Shown here: in pieces, positions 28,901 through 39,760 of the stretch | Numbering within the stretch: the first letter of the stretch is position 1 | Layout of the letters: every line of letters begins with the position of its first letter | Source: a virus | Length of the DNA: 64,000 nucleotides | Strand: one strand, 5' to 3' | IMG/VR virus record: IMGVR_UViG_3300023184_004051 | Coordinates: 32,001-96,000 of that record | The notes under the pieces: generated by a model | The model's database searches: none | What the model saw: only the letters and a program-made list of their open reading frames with translations | Told to the model about the DNA's origin: nothing | Translations under genes and position numbers: made by a program

Positions 28901-29265
28901 TTGGTCTTTACAACGGAACCCTTGGCAATCTGTTGAGTTGGATTGGCGTGGATGCCAAAATCGGCACACTGACGTATGTTGACCACCACAGCAAGCCCAA
29001 GAAGCACCACTCCGGCGGTATCGTTCAGGGGCCACGAGGCAAGGAAGTTCCGGCCATCTTGCAGGCGGGTGAGGCTGTCACTTCGCTAGCCCAAATGAAC
29101 GCAGGTCGCAACAGGGGAGCGGGCAACACCCTCAATGTCCAACCAAACGCTGTCACCATCGTGGTCAACGGCAATGCCGACGCTGCGACTACTGCTGAAA
29201 TCAAGAAGCACGTTGATGCTCAGTTCAAGGAACTGCACCGCACCCTGAGGGGTATGGGTCGGTAA
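25915..29265 (+). CDS. Tape measure protein
   Basis: 1116 aa, helical, Trp-periodic repeats (VWxxIK), C-terminal HSGGIVQG..EVPAILQAGE. Confidence 0.9.
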   Translation: MEESMRIRILGDASSAQTAFQQAEKAAQLAADKISHSFNHLGSLFKRTIGFAGIAVGLDTALESASHLINAQKAQAQLLSNQAKQQGSIIKLQDFELEGNAKAYAWKSKTLDQMATQLSLNNAISKSDIVQAQNRQLTNTDLLKFYSKGNAALSQQNQTYKDIVNEARLHGVAMSGSQAAMATTLTTAANLAEVTGQGINGSMMMLTRLMADPAKRMSAMSRMGIQIAKSDQERIKALEKTKGLMAAQGELLNVLDKTYHGIAATAASPVEILKNALANVWTALGEGLMPVLESLSAVVIEVVTPLLPVLQSMGSLIEEVAKRLGTSLGSLISDLIPFIDLLVKGMLPAFFDLITPLVQMADKAITPLAQAFSQLVGEGEKMGPLSQAFLDMGKTIGENLKPAVDFIADAFKKMSKDGTLDKMMKSLLDTFKALAPILPDLAVALANLVIAITPAFIAALPIMVDAFALFVQILTAITPLVVDVANGIADLVKKITDNKGLTGVIGTLIGLWFTKSLFITPLVAITSGIGMIITKIISAGSALKGVGSIAKGLFTKGFGGASAARLGSLDRRADIATSKATAAFGMYGGESGRYKRAAAKQKEAVERAEAFRGRVNTVAGAGGGVKGLLKSVFGFGLGTGFKPASEVDAVNQNTQALIELTATLGRTAGGLSGGFGSGGSGKSKPMTDLEKTYAELHARQYGGSSGRGAIPGLQSLQTALAENGYAGKNGKPPSGGKFGRFGSFMKNEFSAMGEDVRNGAARTSRIGSKIAGFGRLGRFSAGSGIVGGLASAGIGMAMPLLQKVMPKKAANVLGGVAQGASMGMMFGPWGAAIGAAIGLVKSLFQNCKPFHDFVIKVGHKLMEWGKIIWTKVQPVLKVVWEIIKKIATIYIKAMIFGFKIVWGVIKMVWNVLKTVWDVLYAIGKWVVGVLMAYFKGWWTIIKAVWGILSGIWDGLVSGGKTAWGWLKGMFGWIKDAGGNVWDALYNGFVWAVNKIIGLYNGTLGNLLSWIGVDAKIGTLTYVDHHSKPKKHHSGGIVQGPRGKEVPAILQAGEAVTSLAQMNAGRNRGAGNTLNVQPNAVTIVVNGNADAATTAEIKKHVDAQFKELHRTLRGMGR

Positions 29266-29293
29266 ATCCCGACTTCGTGGGGTAGAGTGGTGA

Positions 29294-32200
29294 TTGAGCG
29301 AGATGAAAACTTACTACGCCAATCCAAACTACGCCGAGGCTGGCAACTCCGATAACTGGGTAGTAGTAGGGGCGCAAAGTGCTGATGTTTCCGTCAATGA
29401 CTTGACACAGTTGGCCGTTGGCAACATTTCAGCACCAACAAGTGCCTCAACTACCGGGTATTACTTCGCCCAAGTAGAGGATTTGACCCGCCTGACAAAG
29501 GGATGGTCATACCTCACCAAGACCAATCTCGGCCCTCGCAACCAAGCGAATGACACCTTTCAAGGCAACCGCCCGCAAGCGCCTGTCTCGGAACCCTATG
29601 TCTATGTTGCTGAAATCAACGGCTTCCTCAATGGCGACACTCTGGCAGTTTTGGAAGGTCAGCAAGAGAACCAACCTCCATTTTCCAATGCCGCCACTTC
29701 ATCTGACTATGGGACAAGTCAGTGGTCAGTCGTTCGCAACGCCGGTCTTATCCCGCTCGTCAGCACCGACCCCGGAAACTCCACCACATCGTTCTTGCAA
29801 CCCGAGAACTCGTCATCCCTCGCTTCACGCCTCATCGCCTACAACAACATTGACTATGGCGACACGAACTACGGAAACACCTACACGGATGACGGTGGCA
29901 ACACTCTGCCTGTCCCTGCAACCAAGAACTACGGCTCAAAGTTCACCCCAACTCCCGACAACTTGGGAAATGGAACAACGCAGAACTGGTATCTCGTCGC
30001 TTCAGGTGATGACACGGCTCAGGCAAACCTTCTCACGATGCTGCCGGATTTCACTACCGATGGCGAGCAAGTTGTCAGCGTGCAGGTTGGGCAGACCGCA
30101 ACAACCGTCACTTTGAGTGCGGCAAACTCCGCTTTCACCGTCGGTCAGACCTTGACGATTGTGACGAACAGCACAGGGGTGAGCAGTTCGCTGCCTTACC
30201 TGTCTACAAGCGCCCCGATGGGTTGGTTTGCTGGAAAGATTACAAGCATTGCCGGTGCGACCCTCTACACCGACCTCAACGACACCACTTCCAATACCGG
30301 AACGCTTGACCCCCTGCCCGGAAGCCTCAATAATGCTTTGACATTCACCGGCACAGTTTTGGGAACGAACACGATTACGATTTCAGCAGTTGGCTCAACA
30401 TCCAACTATGGCATCGCCGCCGGTCACACCCTGACTCTGACCAACACGATTTCCACTATCAGTTCAACGGCCTCAACCTTCACGGTCACCACGAGCGCCA
30501 CGCACTACATCGTTGCAGGTCAACAGGTCACCATCGCTGGCGTGACAGGGGCTACTTACACTCCTTACAACGGGACTTGGACTGTCGCTACGGTTGGGGC
30601 AACCACTTTCACCGTGACAAGCACCATCAACCCCGGAACGGTTAGCCCTGCGAGTGCAACGGCTTCGCAACAGGCGTATGTCGGCTCAATCATCGGAAAC
30701 GGCGTGGGTGCTGTAATCACGCTAGATGCCTATGGTGGGCCAATGGGACTCAATACCGCCATCACAAACGGCTCTGGCATCTCGTTTTCAGCAAACTACC
30801 TTGACAACAATGTGCGAGCATACGCAGCGACAATCACCAACTACACGCTCCGTGTCAATGACGACGGCAACAAGTTGGACTGCCAATACTCAACTGCGCC
30901 TTATTACGCCCAAAACTGCAAACTCTCCCTCTCATCGGCACTTTCCACTACCGGCGCTACGACGCAGGTTGTTCTCCGCAACAACGATGTGTATGACTAC
31001 ACCATCTATGGGGCGACGAACGGTGGAGTAGTTGTTGCAGTCATCTCAGGCGACAACTACCAAGAAATCACCGTCACGAGCGACACAACCATCTTGGGTT
31101 TTGGAACAGCAACCGCCACGGCTACAAGTTTCACGCCAAACTTCGCTTACCCCGCTCGCATCACCTCGCTTTACGATGTCACTCAGACAAAAAGTGGTGA
31201 TAATGACCGATACGGCAAAGTTCTTGTCCTCCCTGTCATCCCGCAGATTTACCGCAACGCCCCAATAGCGCAGTTCAAGAGTATGACCGCTTTGAGTGGT
31301 GGAATAACCGAAACGATTTCCGGCTCTACCTATTACTACGGGACAGTTGGAAGCACTTACTTCTCGTCTGACCCCTACACGGTTTCAGTAGATGATGTTT
31401 CCAATATCAACGTTGGCGACACGCTTACTTTCCGCAACGACTACAACCCGTGGTTCAGCAACTACACGACCAAGCCTCCGACATCCTCTGAATGGTCAAC
31501 CTATGGCGACAATGTGCCTTGGAGTTGGACACTCACCGATAGCGGCGCTTCAGGTTTCACCTGCACGAGCGGGGCGACCTTCATCATCCTTCCTGATGCA
31601 AATGGCTACTCCCTCCCCCTAGTGAAAGGGCAAGCAGCGTTCGGTGCGCCAACCTATGTTCCAAATGGGGCAAAAGTCACGGGTTGGAACGCCACGCAGA
31701 TTTTCTTTGACCAAAACACCACAGCAACCGTCGCCACCCCTGCCCAAAACATCCGCTTCTACCCCGGAACTTCAGGCTTCAACTATTGGAAGGTTTACTC
31801 GGTCAACACGGCGGATAACACCTTCGTCATCTACGGTTCGTCGGGGGCATACGAGCAGATTTCAGCATCTTACGGAACCAACGGCGACAGTCAGAACTAC
31901 ATCTTTGACTACAGTAATCACCTCTACGCAGGGAATACTGTAGACATTTCCAGCACGATTGGCGTTGGAGCGGGCGTTGTCGGACTGTCAAGTGCGGTAA
32001 ATGTTGGGCCAGAAGTCAACCTTTCTTGGCACACAACCAACACGGTGATTGCCTCATACGCAGAGGGTGGGCGCTACATCGGTAGTGAAAGCCTTGGCGA
32101 CCAAGAAGTAGCAATCCCTTACCGCCTCGGTTCGCTGATTGGCTCAACCCTTGCAGTTGACATCATCGCTCAGACAAGCACCGCCATCGTGGTGAACGCA

Positions 32201-32638
32201 CTTCCAAATACGGCTGCATCGGGTATCTACAATCCGTCATACACCCTTACGGACTACAACCAATATGGAAACTCGCCAGCGCAACTTGCCAACCTCGGCC
32301 AAAACGCAGGCTTCGCCATTTTGTCAACCGAAAGCGCATATTCCACCAACTACTCAGTGGGCAATGTGTTCCCTCTTGTCGTGGGTGGCGGGGATACGCA
32401 GGAAGTCGTGTTGGTTCAGCGTGGCACATCCAAAGTCCCTAACCCCATTGACGGTGGCACGAGCCTCAACTCTCCGATGGTTTGGAACTTGGCTTCGGGG
32501 CAGTCTTTTCAGTATGACCACGATGCGGGCGACCCAGTTTGCCTTCCAAACTTCATTTACAAATCAGCAGGTACGATTAGTCACGCCGCCAATGCGCCAG
32601 TAGTCGGCCTACCAGATACGGGAACTGTTTATGGCTAA
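29294..32638 (+). CDS. Minor tail protein
   Basis: 1114 aa T/S/G/N/Y-rich, immediately after the TMP. Confidence 0.65.
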   Translation: MSEMKTYYANPNYAEAGNSDNWVVVGAQSADVSVNDLTQLAVGNISAPTSASTTGYYFAQVEDLTRLTKGWSYLTKTNLGPRNQANDTFQGNRPQAPVSEPYVYVAEINGFLNGDTLAVLEGQQENQPPFSNAATSSDYGTSQWSVVRNAGLIPLVSTDPGNSTTSFLQPENSSSLASRLIAYNNIDYGDTNYGNTYTDDGGNTLPVPATKNYGSKFTPTPDNLGNGTTQNWYLVASGDDTAQANLLTMLPDFTTDGEQVVSVQVGQTATTVTLSAANSAFTVGQTLTIVTNSTGVSSSLPYLSTSAPMGWFAGKITSIAGATLYTDLNDTTSNTGTLDPLPGSLNNALTFTGTVLGTNTITISAVGSTSNYGIAAGHTLTLTNTISTISSTASTFTVTTSATHYIVAGQQVTIAGVTGATYTPYNGTWTVATVGATTFTVTSTINPGTVSPASATASQQAYVGSIIGNGVGAVITLDAYGGPMGLNTAITNGSGISFSANYLDNNVRAYAATITNYTLRVNDDGNKLDCQYSTAPYYAQNCKLSLSSALSTTGATTQVVLRNNDVYDYTIYGATNGGVVVAVISGDNYQEITVTSDTTILGFGTATATATSFTPNFAYPARITSLYDVTQTKSGDNDRYGKVLVLPVIPQIYRNAPIAQFKSMTALSGGITETISGSTYYYGTVGSTYFSSDPYTVSVDDVSNINVGDTLTFRNDYNPWFSNYTTKPPTSSEWSTYGDNVPWSWTLTDSGASGFTCTSGATFIILPDANGYSLPLVKGQAAFGAPTYVPNGAKVTGWNATQIFFDQNTTATVATPAQNIRFYPGTSGFNYWKVYSVNTADNTFVIYGSSGAYEQISASYGTNGDSQNYIFDYSNHLYAGNTVDISSTIGVGAGVVGLSSAVNVGPEVNLSWHTTNTVIASYAEGGRYIGSESLGDQEVAIPYRLGSLIGSTLAVDIIAQTSTAIVVNALPNTAASGIYNPSYTLTDYNQYGNSPAQLANLGQNAGFAILSTESAYSTNYSVGNVFPLVVGGGDTQEVVLVQRGTSKVPNPIDGGTSLNSPMVWNLASGQSFQYDHDAGDPVCLPNFIYKSAGTISHAANAPVVGLPDTGTVYG

Positions 32639-35600
32639 TACCTCATACACCGCAGCGCCATCTCTGGTTGCCACGAACACCACCAACAAACCGACTATCA
32701 CGACGAATACAAAACTCAACATCACCTCGCCGTGGCTCGCCTCAGGAAACGCCGGTCAACCGGACATTTCCACCACTTTGTCTGCAACTGCTTTGGAAGG
32801 CGCTTCGACGCTCTCGATTGTCTCAGGTGAAAACTTCCCCACCTCCTATCCGAGCGTGTTCCAAAGTGGCATCACCTACCTCCCACCGAGCATTGGCCGC
32901 TTGGCAGGCTCAGTCATTTCCGGCACGAATGTCATCCCGTTCGTTGCTGATAATGAACTGCCGACCCAAGCCCCTACCTTCGTGCGCTTAGGTAGTGAAA
33001 TCCTCCAAGTGTTGAGTTTTGGCAATGTGACGGTTGGAGCCACAAACTACAGTTGCCTCAACACGGCAACAAACACGGCTTCAGCACACCCGGACTTCAC
33101 GCCCATCCACCTGAACTCGCTGCCGACCAACACGCAATACACGAGCATCACAGTTCCGCATTTTTACCTCGCAGATGTGAGTGCAACCGGAACGATGTCG
33201 GGAACGAGCAATACCATCACCACCGCCGCTTTGCCAGCAACCCTCGGCAAGGGGCAAACGATTACGACGGCAACAGGCGGAACAACCTACCTGCCTTCGG
33301 GAACGACGGTTGTGGACTATTCCACTAACTCGGGTCTCATCACGCTTTCCAATGCGTTCAGCACAGCCGCAGCAGGCATCACTTTCGTCAATGCGGCGAA
33401 CTTTACAGCAAATATGAACCCTGTGATGTTGTCATCTATCGCCTCAGTGACAAGCCCTGCCGGTGGCACACACACCATAATGTCCAGCCTTCCAAACATC
33501 GGTTCGGTGATGACCGGAACGGGTATGGCATCACCTACTTACATTGCCGCCATTGACACGACAAACTTGCGCCTTCAGGTTTCAGCAAACCCGACCTCGT
33601 ATGGAACGACTGTTGCGCTCACTTCGACGCTCACTTTCACCTGTAGCACCGTTTCTGGTAGCAAAATCCTGACCATCAAGAACATCACCGTCAACGGAAC
33701 TTCATATCCAAAAGTCGGCTCGACCAACCCAACTTGGAACGGGAGGTCGCTCGCTTCCTACATCAAGGTTGGCGCTCCTATCACCACTACGACTGGCGGT
33801 GGCATCGCTGCAAAGTATGTGACTGCAATCAACCCAAGCACGGGTCAGGTCACGATTTCAGCAAACGCAACCGCAACTGTGGCTACGGCAACAGTCACCT
33901 CGGCAATCACGATGACTGCCAACACAGGGCGTTCGGTCAATGTCGTCAACAACGCAAGTAGTGAAATCAACAAAATCATCGCTGCGGGAAGTTCATTCTC
34001 GGACACCGCAGGTGTGACTACCTACATCGCTGCTGGCACGACAATCACCAAAACCCTCGCCGTCAGTTCTACCCAAACTGAACTCACGATGTCTGCTCCA
34101 TCTGGCACAACGGGTGCGTGGGCAGGTCGTGTGGCTCAACTTTCCACCACTTTCACGGGGACATCAAGTTTTTCCAACCAAATCACGGGAGTCGTCAACG
34201 CCTCCACCCTGTATCAAGTCGGCTCGGCGGTCTATGGGAACCAATACATCCCTGATAACACCACCATTACGGGTATTTCGGGAACGACGCTTACTCTCTC
34301 CAACGCTTTGACCAACGGTTTCACCACTTACACGGGGCAAACCTTCAAGGTGAGTAGCAGCCTGAGTATTGGAAAAACCTATTCAAGCCTGCCGGTGACA
34401 CCACTTCCTTGTTCAATCCCCGTCGGCACGACGCTCTACCTGTCTTTTGGAAACTATGTCCAAAACTTGACGGTCACCTCACTCGGAAGTGCGGGCGACA
34501 CAACCCTGTCGGTCACGGCGTTCCAACCTCGCTACAACTTTTCCACTACCTCTTACTCCTATGGCGTTGCCGTCGGCTTGACGGGTGGGTATGGCTATGG
34601 AGCAAGCATCACCACCGGCCTGAACGCCGACCTCTACACAGGTCAAGTCATCTTGCTTCAGGCGAACAACAGCACGGATTTGACCACTCCTGTCACAGTC
34701 AAGTCGTACACTCGGATGACTTCACGAACCATTGAGACAATGCCCTTCGTGTCTCCCTACGCCTATGACGGACAAAGTGTGGGCTTTTCCACCACAGCGA
34801 ACTTCACGGGCGGCAGCGACCAAGTGACGAGCGTTGGGTCAACGGGCGGATTGACGATTGGGCAACAGGTTTTCAGCACTTGCCTGCCGACGACGGCTCA
34901 ATGCTTCATCACGGCCATCTCTGGCACGACACTCACCATCAGCACTCCGGCCACTTCGGGTGGAACGGGTGCGACCCTTTCGGTCTACTCAAACACCTTC
35001 CTTGCATCTATCCCATTGACTTTGGATAAGGGCAAAGTGCAAGAGGTTGTCTACCCGATTTCACTACCGACGAGCAATGGTTCGTCGTGGGACATTAGCC
35101 TCGCTAGCCAGACAACTTATCAGCACAACAACAACGCATCGCTCGTCTACTACCACTGGCCTACGCCAATCAAGACTGGTGATGTCACTTACCGACCCGA
35201 CCTTGGCAAGTTGTTGATGTGGGATGGCTTCGGTTGGAGAACAGCACGAGTCAACTCCGTGAGCGGCGTGTATTCCATTCTCGGTGCAGTTGGCGGTGGT
35301 GAAATCTCAGACATCACGCTCTACGACCCGACGACCAACAAGGAAACAGCAGCCGACACATACAAAGGCTCTCCTTCAACCAAGTATTCCACCTATCACG
35401 GTGGCAAGCGGGCGGTTGACCCCAACGGCAATGAGTGGACAGGGGCAACGATGTCCCGTATTCAGTTTCACCTCAAAGTCAAGGTTCCTCAGGGCAAGTC
35501 GGTGGGCTTCCGCAGTCTGGCGCTCCAAAGCGAATACAAGGCAGCGCCGTCGGTCAGCAGCGTCCACTTCACTCCGGGCGACAACTTTGAGATTTCACCT

Positions 35601-38600
35601 TTCTACACGGGCAACTCCGTATTTTGGTACTACTCAGATTTGGAAAAGGAACCCCAGACCGGATGGCAGGTGAACATCTATGACGACTACACCTACAACC
35701 GACCTGACTTTGACCCTGACAATGCGGCGATTGTTCCGTTTTGGAAAGCGTCGGGTGCTGATGACACGACAGATGTAGAAATCACGGGCGCTCACGGGTG
35801 GGTCAATGGTGAACGCTATTGGGCGTTTGTCCGTGTTGCCAAGCAGTTTCACCAAAAGCAATGGTGGGGGGATTGGAACTCTCAGCGTTTCATCGTTTCG
35901 GTTGACCAACCTGCAAGACCGATTATGTCCATCTACACGGATAGTGAAAAATCTGTCAACAAGTTGGCAATCCAAACCACCGACAACCTTCTCGGCTTCA
36001 ACAACGGCACATTCGTTCAGGGCTTGGGTCAATGGTCACGGTCAGTCAACGACACGGTTTCCAGCACCGTCACTGACCTCAATGACGGCATCCCATTGGG
36101 TGCGACATTGGCGGCAGGCAACCACATCACCTCTTTGCCTGTGGGTGCAACCGGCTTCGTCATCGTGCAGGGGGCGTTGAGCGGTACGGGAACTGGTACC
36201 TTCAAGGTTTCAGCAAGCACCGCAGGTGGGCAAGACGCACTCGGCTTCCCGCAATCAGGGCGTTTTTGGGTCACCATCGGAACCGAGAAAATCCTCGTTG
36301 AAAACAAGAACGACGGCAACAAGACCGGCGACACTTTCACTATCATCACTCGTGGCTACAAAGGCACAACTGCCGCATCTCACGCATTGAACAGCGCAGT
36401 CTATTTTGGACTTCAGAACGATGTCTATGTTGGCTCGGTAGCGACAATCAAGTTCACGCAGCACAACACGGTTTCGTGGAACACCAAAAGCACCGCAACG
36501 GTTCGGAACTACAACGGCTACGGCGGGTCTTGGGAGAACCGAACAAGAACACCACTTTCCATCCTTTCGCAGACGCAGGGCGCTCACAAACATTCCACTG
36601 ACCGTGTGATGGTCTACGACGGCGCTGGCTTGATTTCGCACGCTGATGTCGGCTCAACAGTCGTGTTGAGTTTCCGTCACTGGCACGATGCGAACAAAAA
36701 GAATGTCATTGGTCGAGATGCTCAGGGCAACCGCACGGTGAAAACAGTCAGTGTCCCTGACAAAGTTCTCACGGGTGGCGATGTCCGTGAGGTGGAAATG
36801 AAAATCAAGGCTGTCCAAGACATCTGGGATGACACCGCACACAAAGCCATCAAAATCAACATCGGTGCGACGGTCAACCAGATTGCAGGTGGCCCCGGCG
36901 ACCCAACCAACCACATCACCATCTACCCGTGGCTCAACAAGTCGCAACAGTTTGACTTTTCCACTAACCAAGTCTGCATCTCACGGAACTACATCCCTGC
37001 TGGGCAGAAACTCACGATTTCGTCAGTCGGGTTCCGCGACCCCAATGCACCGCACAAGAATATTCCCGCCGCTTCTATGTCGGTTTACCTCACCAAAGAC
37101 TGGCACCCCACCGATAAGACGCTGCACATCCGGGCAATCACCAAAGCACCCGGCTGCCAAGTCGGAAATGGCCAGTGTTTCATCATTCCAAAAAACTCGA
37201 CAATCAGTTGGCAACCGCCTACGATTTTCACCTCACGCAAGGTCATCCACTTTGACGGCTCCTACCGTGACAAGAAGGGTTTTGAGGCTCAGAAACTTCA
37301 GCCCGGAGATGGACTTTATGTTCTAAAGGGTCGCTACTTCCCCGGCAAGGCGAACACCGCAACAGGAACCCACCAAGTCACCACCGTTGTCCCTCACACA
37401 AAGAGGGTTGATGTTGACAGCACCCAAGCCTTCGTCGTGGACTTCCTCGTTCAGCCGACCATCTCAACGGGTGGCGTTCTTGGAACTCTGACGGGAAGCA
37501 GTTTCACTATCGCCACAGGCGCTAGCACCCAATACAACGCCATCGCATTTTCAGCGACACCCGGCTCGATTGCAGGTGCTTTCGCATCCACTCCGGGTCT
37601 TTCACCAAACTCAACGGTTCGTGCGGTCACGACGGTTGTTGGCGGAACCTATGCGGGCTACTACGCAGTCACCTTCAACAACAGTTCGCTAACGCAAACC
37701 ACTGTCAAAGTCCAATACACCAATGTTTCGGGAAATGCGGTTTCATCACCTACCTACACGGGCATCAACGCCACTTTCTCGCCCTCTGACATCCTAAAGA
37801 TTTCAGCAGGCGCACAAAGTTTGCCGGTTCGACCCGCCATTCCAAACTTCGCTTACCAGAAGTATCTCCCCATCAAAATCACCTACCCACCCATCTATGG
37901 CGACAATGTTCTCGCAGTAGACCCGACTACGGGTTCGGGTGGCTCGGGCGACATTAGTGAAATCTCCCTCTACCCCGCAGGCTGGTCGTTCACCGACCAA
38001 AACCCTGTGAGAGTCAATGCCGGACAGACTTATGGACTTTCCGCTTACAGCAAGTTGGTTGTGGGCAATGGAACACCAACCTTTGCGCCACACATTGACT
38101 GGTACGACGAAGTGGGAAGCCTGCTGAAATCCTCGTATGGAACCGAGAGCCTGAACAACCCCGGAACCATCAACTCGGTCACCATCGGTGTCCAAATGAA
38201 CACAAGCGCAAGCCTGTGGGGTCAGGGTTGGCATCCGGTGGCAATGGTCGCAAAAGCACCAACTGTCACTCTTGGAACGGCTACTTTCACCTCAACCTCA
38301 ACCTCAACGGGCAACTTCGTTATTGGGGCGCAGGCAGGTTTTTCAGCAGTCAACCTGAAGGCGGGTGCGTCGCTCGCCGGTAGTAATGGAACCACTTACA
38401 CCTTGACAACGGATGTGACCGCTACAAGTTCTGGCTTCACACTTCCGGTTCGTTTTACTGCTGGAATAACTGTGCCAAGTAGCACCGTCTTGACCATCAA
38501 ATCCACTCGTGCCGTGCCGGTCTTGCGCTGGACAAATGTGAACAGCACCGATGCGTATGGCGTGTCGGGCGTGTTGTTGAAGGCTTTGGAAGCACCATCG

Positions 38601-39758
38601 CTCGGTAGCAACGCAACTTCGTCTACTGAAATGCCAAAACTGACGCAACCCATCACGGTTGCCGATAACAATGTCAACAACGCATTTCCAATCCCCTCAA
38701 CCACGCCGATTGCCGGCCTCAACACCTTGTATGTGTTTGACCCTGTTGGTGATTATGGAACTTATGAACTGCACTCCGGCGGAACGATTGACACGCTTTG
38801 GACTAGCAGCGTCGGTGCGGTGGCGATTGGAACCACCCAAGTCACGTTGAACTCGGTTGAAGGTCTTGCTCCGGGCGTTGCGCTGATTTTCCAATATGGC
38901 GGCGACAATCAAGAAACTGTGTATGTGGACAGTTCGTGGGCGGGCGGTGCGATTGTGCCGATTGCCGCTCCGTATTTCACTAGGACTCATCCGAAGGGAA
39001 GCCGCGTTTACTCCTACACGGCTGGATTGGCAAGCGAAGTCATCACCACCCAAGCAACCAACACGCCGGTTGCCGTGTTCAACTACGGGCCAGATGGCTA
39101 CATCGCCTCAGACAAGAACACCTACTACTACACGGTGCAAAAGTCGGAGGATGAAGGTCTGACTTGGACAACTCTGCGTCACGGAGATGCGGTGAAATCC
39201 AACGACACCGGGGTGGCTTACATCACGGACTACGAGGCAGTTGCAGGAGTCACCACCTACTACAGGGCGAAGGCAACTCACTATGTTCCACCAGACCCCT
39301 CTAATCCTGATTACACGGTCACGGGGCCGCCAAGTGTGCAACTCGCTGCCAATGTCATCACCAATAGCAACTGGTGGCTTACAAGCACGAGCAACACTTC
39401 CTTGCGCTTCCCTCTGCTAGTGAAAACCGGCTACTCAGAAACGCAGCGCCACCCATCCGGCGTGTTCTACCCTCTTGGCTCGTCACGACCAATCACCACG
39501 GCTGGCGTTCCGACAGGTCGAGATGGCAGTATTACTGTGACTTGGATTGACGACAGCACCTTCCAAGACTTCCTTGACTTGCTGAATAAGGGCGAAACGC
39601 TAGTGTTGGTCAACCCAGTAGAGAGTGACCGCAAATACATTTTCATCAACCAAGACATCAGCATCACTCACAATGCCGCCGCAAACCCTTGGCGTGAAAT
39701 CAGCATCAACTATGTCGAGGCAGCGCCGCCCGGTTTTGGATACACCTATGGGAGTTAG
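32631..39758 (+). CDS. Very large minor tail / adhesin-like protein (2375 aa)
   Basis: Repeated beta modules; FnIII-like segments (YITDYEAVAGVTTYYRA); Dit-like C-terminus. Confidence 0.7.
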   Translation: MANTSYTAAPSLVATNTTNKPTITTNTKLNITSPWLASGNAGQPDISTTLSATALEGASTLSIVSGENFPTSYPSVFQSGITYLPPSIGRLAGSVISGTNVIPFVADNELPTQAPTFVRLGSEILQVLSFGNVTVGATNYSCLNTATNTASAHPDFTPIHLNSLPTNTQYTSITVPHFYLADVSATGTMSGTSNTITTAALPATLGKGQTITTATGGTTYLPSGTTVVDYSTNSGLITLSNAFSTAAAGITFVNAANFTANMNPVMLSSIASVTSPAGGTHTIMSSLPNIGSVMTGTGMASPTYIAAIDTTNLRLQVSANPTSYGTTVALTSTLTFTCSTVSGSKILTIKNITVNGTSYPKVGSTNPTWNGRSLASYIKVGAPITTTTGGGIAAKYVTAINPSTGQVTISANATATVATATVTSAITMTANTGRSVNVVNNASSEINKIIAAGSSFSDTAGVTTYIAAGTTITKTLAVSSTQTELTMSAPSGTTGAWAGRVAQLSTTFTGTSSFSNQITGVVNASTLYQVGSAVYGNQYIPDNTTITGISGTTLTLSNALTNGFTTYTGQTFKVSSSLSIGKTYSSLPVTPLPCSIPVGTTLYLSFGNYVQNLTVTSLGSAGDTTLSVTAFQPRYNFSTTSYSYGVAVGLTGGYGYGASITTGLNADLYTGQVILLQANNSTDLTTPVTVKSYTRMTSRTIETMPFVSPYAYDGQSVGFSTTANFTGGSDQVTSVGSTGGLTIGQQVFSTCLPTTAQCFITAISGTTLTISTPATSGGTGATLSVYSNTFLASIPLTLDKGKVQEVVYPISLPTSNGSSWDISLASQTTYQHNNNASLVYYHWPTPIKTGDVTYRPDLGKLLMWDGFGWRTARVNSVSGVYSILGAVGGGEISDITLYDPTTNKETAADTYKGSPSTKYSTYHGGKRAVDPNGNEWTGATMSRIQFHLKVKVPQGKSVGFRSLALQSEYKAAPSVSSVHFTPGDNFEISPFYTGNSVFWYYSDLEKEPQTGWQVNIYDDYTYNRPDFDPDNAAIVPFWKASGADDTTDVEITGAHGWVNGERYWAFVRVAKQFHQKQWWGDWNSQRFIVSVDQPARPIMSIYTDSEKSVNKLAIQTTDNLLGFNNGTFVQGLGQWSRSVNDTVSSTVTDLNDGIPLGATLAAGNHITSLPVGATGFVIVQGALSGTGTGTFKVSASTAGGQDALGFPQSGRFWVTIGTEKILVENKNDGNKTGDTFTIITRGYKGTTAASHALNSAVYFGLQNDVYVGSVATIKFTQHNTVSWNTKSTATVRNYNGYGGSWENRTRTPLSILSQTQGAHKHSTDRVMVYDGAGLISHADVGSTVVLSFRHWHDANKKNVIGRDAQGNRTVKTVSVPDKVLTGGDVREVEMKIKAVQDIWDDTAHKAIKINIGATVNQIAGGPGDPTNHITIYPWLNKSQQFDFSTNQVCISRNYIPAGQKLTISSVGFRDPNAPHKNIPAASMSVYLTKDWHPTDKTLHIRAITKAPGCQVGNGQCFIIPKNSTISWQPPTIFTSRKVIHFDGSYRDKKGFEAQKLQPGDGLYVLKGRYFPGKANTATGTHQVTTVVPHTKRVDVDSTQAFVVDFLVQPTISTGGVLGTLTGSSFTIATGASTQYNAIAFSATPGSIAGAFASTPGLSPNSTVRAVTTVVGGTYAGYYAVTFNNSSLTQTTVKVQYTNVSGNAVSSPTYTGINATFSPSDILKISAGAQSLPVRPAIPNFAYQKYLPIKITYPPIYGDNVLAVDPTTGSGGSGDISEISLYPAGWSFTDQNPVRVNAGQTYGLSAYSKLVVGNGTPTFAPHIDWYDEVGSLLKSSYGTESLNNPGTINSVTIGVQMNTSASLWGQGWHPVAMVAKAPTVTLGTATFTSTSTSTGNFVIGAQAGFSAVNLKAGASLAGSNGTTYTLTTDVTATSSGFTLPVRFTAGITVPSSTVLTIKSTRAVPVLRWTNVNSTDAYGVSGVLLKALEAPSLGSNATSSTEMPKLTQPITVADNNVNNAFPIPSTTPIAGLNTLYVFDPVGDYGTYELHSGGTIDTLWTSSVGAVAIGTTQVTLNSVEGLAPGVALIFQYGGDNQETVYVDSSWAGGAIVPIAAPYFTRTHPKGSRVYSYTAGLASEVITTQATNTPVAVFNYGPDGYIASDKNTYYYTVQKSEDEGLTWTTLRHGDAVKSNDTGVAYITDYEAVAGVTTYYRAKATHYVPPDPSNPDYTVTGPPSVQLAANVITNSNWWLTSTSNTSLRFPLLVKTGYSETQRHPSGVFYPLGSSRPITTAGVPTGRDGSITVTWIDDSTFQDFLDLLNKGETLVLVNPVESDRKYIFINQDISITHNAAANPWREISINYVEAAPPGFGYTYGS

Positions 39759-39760
39759 CC

